DNA of 64,000 nucleotides from the human T2T-CHM13v2.0 reference genome, Homo sapiens: assembly GCF_009914755.1 (NCBI RefSeq), contig NC_060926.1. The stretch is one strand, 5' to 3'. The notes under the pieces are model-generated. The model was not told the DNA's origin. It saw only the letters and a list, made by a program, of their open reading frames with translations, and ran no database searches. The first letter of the stretch is position 1, and every line of letters starts with the position of its first letter. Both the position numbers and the translations under genes were made by a program. Positions 59,755 to 64,000 of this stretch are shown here, piece by piece.

Positions 59755-60011
59755 GTGAGATGGGCACCTGGGGTGGGGGCCAGGGGTCTCAGCCCATAAA
59801 CACCCCACACGCCACAGCAGCACACAGGGGCTCCTTTAAATACACAGCTATGGGGACTCCCAAAATGCAGACGTACACTTGCACTCACAAGGGACGCACT
59901 TCCATAGCTGTAGCAACCCATCAGGGAACTGACCACACACACTCCGGCGGGAGGTCCTCTTCACTTCCTTCCCTCCACGAAGATCTCTCCCCTTCACCAC
60001 GGACACAGTGA

Positions 60012-60879
<868 letters not shown>

Positions 60880-60882
60880 TAA

Positions 60883-61236
<354 letters not shown>

Positions 61237-61294
61237 TGAGGGTCCCAGCTCTGTCCTGGTGGAGAACTGTCTGGCTCCCTGGGCTGACAACTGA

Positions 61295-61408
<114 letters not shown>

Positions 61409-61571
61409 TAGGACACTGCTCAGGGACCAAACCCCAAAGAGGGGCCCCCCAAGGGCTCCCCAAGAGGCTGGAAGGGCTCCAGGAAGCTCAGTGGGAAGGC
61501 CTCTATTGCAGGCCAGCCCCCAATCCTGCCACTGGTGCTGCCCCCAAGGGGTGACCCTTAGCTCTGGGTGA

Positions 61572-61910
<339 letters not shown>

Positions 61911-61991
61911 TGAGGACTGAGGTCTGGTCTGGGCTTCCCAGAGCCGCCCACTTTTCTCATCTTGGACACAGACATGTGGGTGGGTACACAT

Positions 61992-61992
<1 letters not shown>

Positions 61993-62040
<48 letters not shown>
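61993..62040. repeat. (CA)24 microsatellite
   Basis: 48-nt perfect CA run. Confidence 0.97.
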
Positions 62041-62042
<2 letters not shown>

Positions 62043-62062
62043 CACTTTGCTCCCTCCTGCAG

Positions 62063-62113
62063 GGCTGTCTCAAGAAGACCCTGGAGGACTTGGAGAAATA
62101 TGTGAAGAAGGAT
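62063..62113 (+). CDS. NT5DC4: NT5DC4 exon (51 nt): GCLKKTLEDLEKYVKKD
   Basis: ctgcag|GGC...GAT|gtgagt. Confidence 0.94.
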
Positions 62114-62300
62114 GTGAGTGGCCACAGACCCAGGGCCATGGCCATCACCCCCAAAGCAGCAGGGCTGCCCCCGCAACCCTTCTCTGGCTTTCTTCGAGGT
62201 TTAGGCTGAGCTCTGCTCCCCGGATGGCTGGGGATCTTTCTATGGGGCCTGGTGCCTACCTGCCTGGGCTGGGGTGGGCTCCCAGAAGGCTGAAACCTGA

Positions 62301-62618
<318 letters not shown>

Positions 62619-62738
62619 TGAGCAACTTTCTCACCATCTTGCTCCTGTGGCCACCAGTGTGCTGGGGGGATGGTGGGTGAGGGCAGAGGCAGGTGGTGGC
62701 CCAAGCTTGGTGCCCTGACGCTGCCTTGTCCTTGCCAG

Positions 62739-62771
62739 GCCATCATGACCTACCTGTTCAGCATCAGTGAG
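62739..62771 (+). CDS. NT5DC4: NT5DC4 exon (33 nt): AIMTYLFSISE
   Basis: gccag|GCC...GAG|gtgagt. IMTYLF is shared with NT5C2. Confidence 0.92.
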
Positions 62772-63362
62772 GTGAGTGTTGGAGTGTTGCGTGCACGGCT
62801 GGGGTGGGCTGTGCAAAGGGCCAGGGTGCCAGGCTGCACCACGATGCTGAGGGCCTCTCCCACGTCCAGCCTCCCTTTGAGGAAGACCTGAGTGTGTGAG
62901 TGGTCATTTCTCATGAGTGGAAGCTCCCCAGTGGGTAGGAGCCTGGTGACCTCAGCCAGGCCCTGGGAGGAGCCTTTGGGGGTGATAGGAGGCAGTCAGG
63001 TATGTGGGGACGGGCGGCAGAAAGTGGGTGAGACGAGGGCATGGCAGGTCAAAGGGAGGGGTGCTGGGAGTGACAGGTCCTGGGCACTGGGAGTGACCAG
63101 GTGTCACTGGGCAGGCAGCAGGGCCCTAACTAGGTAGCCGTGCTGGTGCCACCTGTCCCTGGGTCTCTGTGCTGTGAGGAGCTCTGGAGCCTGGCCTGAG
63201 GCTGCACATGATGTTCAACACCCACCTCCACAAGGTCCTTTTGAGCACTTCCTAGTGCCCAGCTTGGCTGGGGAAGCTGGGCAGCGAGACCGGGTTCCCA
63301 GGGGCTGAAGAGGTCTCATCCAGCTGGGAGGTTGGTGGGGAGAGGCAGGCTGTGGTGGGTGA

Positions 63363-63764
<402 letters not shown>

Positions 63765-63767
63765 TAG

Positions 63768-63938
<171 letters not shown>

Positions 63939-64000
63939 TAGGAGCCCAGGCCCCTCACCTGCCCCGAGTCACCTACCCCAAGGCAGGAAGGGCAAACGAG

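Overview
Repeat-dense primate genomic DNA, very likely human (the SLC20A1-NT5DC4 interval that I recall on chr2q14.1). The window opens in the last intron of SLC20A1 (PiT-1 phosphate transporter). It contains that gene's terminal coding exon (1467-1628), 3'UTR and poly(A) signal (2401). About 57 kb of intergenic sequence follows, dominated by ~55 Alus, L1/L2/MIR fragments, MaLR/ERV LTRs and hAT/Tc1-mariner fossils. The window ends in the compact 5' part of NT5DC4, an intron-preserving paralog of cytosolic 5'-nucleotidase II (NT5C2), with 11 consecutive in-frame exons and two candidate start-codon exons. Almost all ORFs in the supplied track are Alu or low-complexity artefacts. I see no wholly new gene system. 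The best leads are: an L1PA insertion carrying a ~650-bp 3' transduction inside an 18-bp TSD; NT5DC4 keeping the HAD catalytic motifs but replacing the cN-II base-specificity residues; a 28-nt microexon that would stop one NT5DC4 ORF 1 nt before a second start codon; a 97-bp duplication flanking an LTR tip; and a MADE1/miR-548-type hairpin. Repeat subfamily names and NT5C2 residue numbers are from memory, and repeat boundaries are approximate unless a TSD is given.
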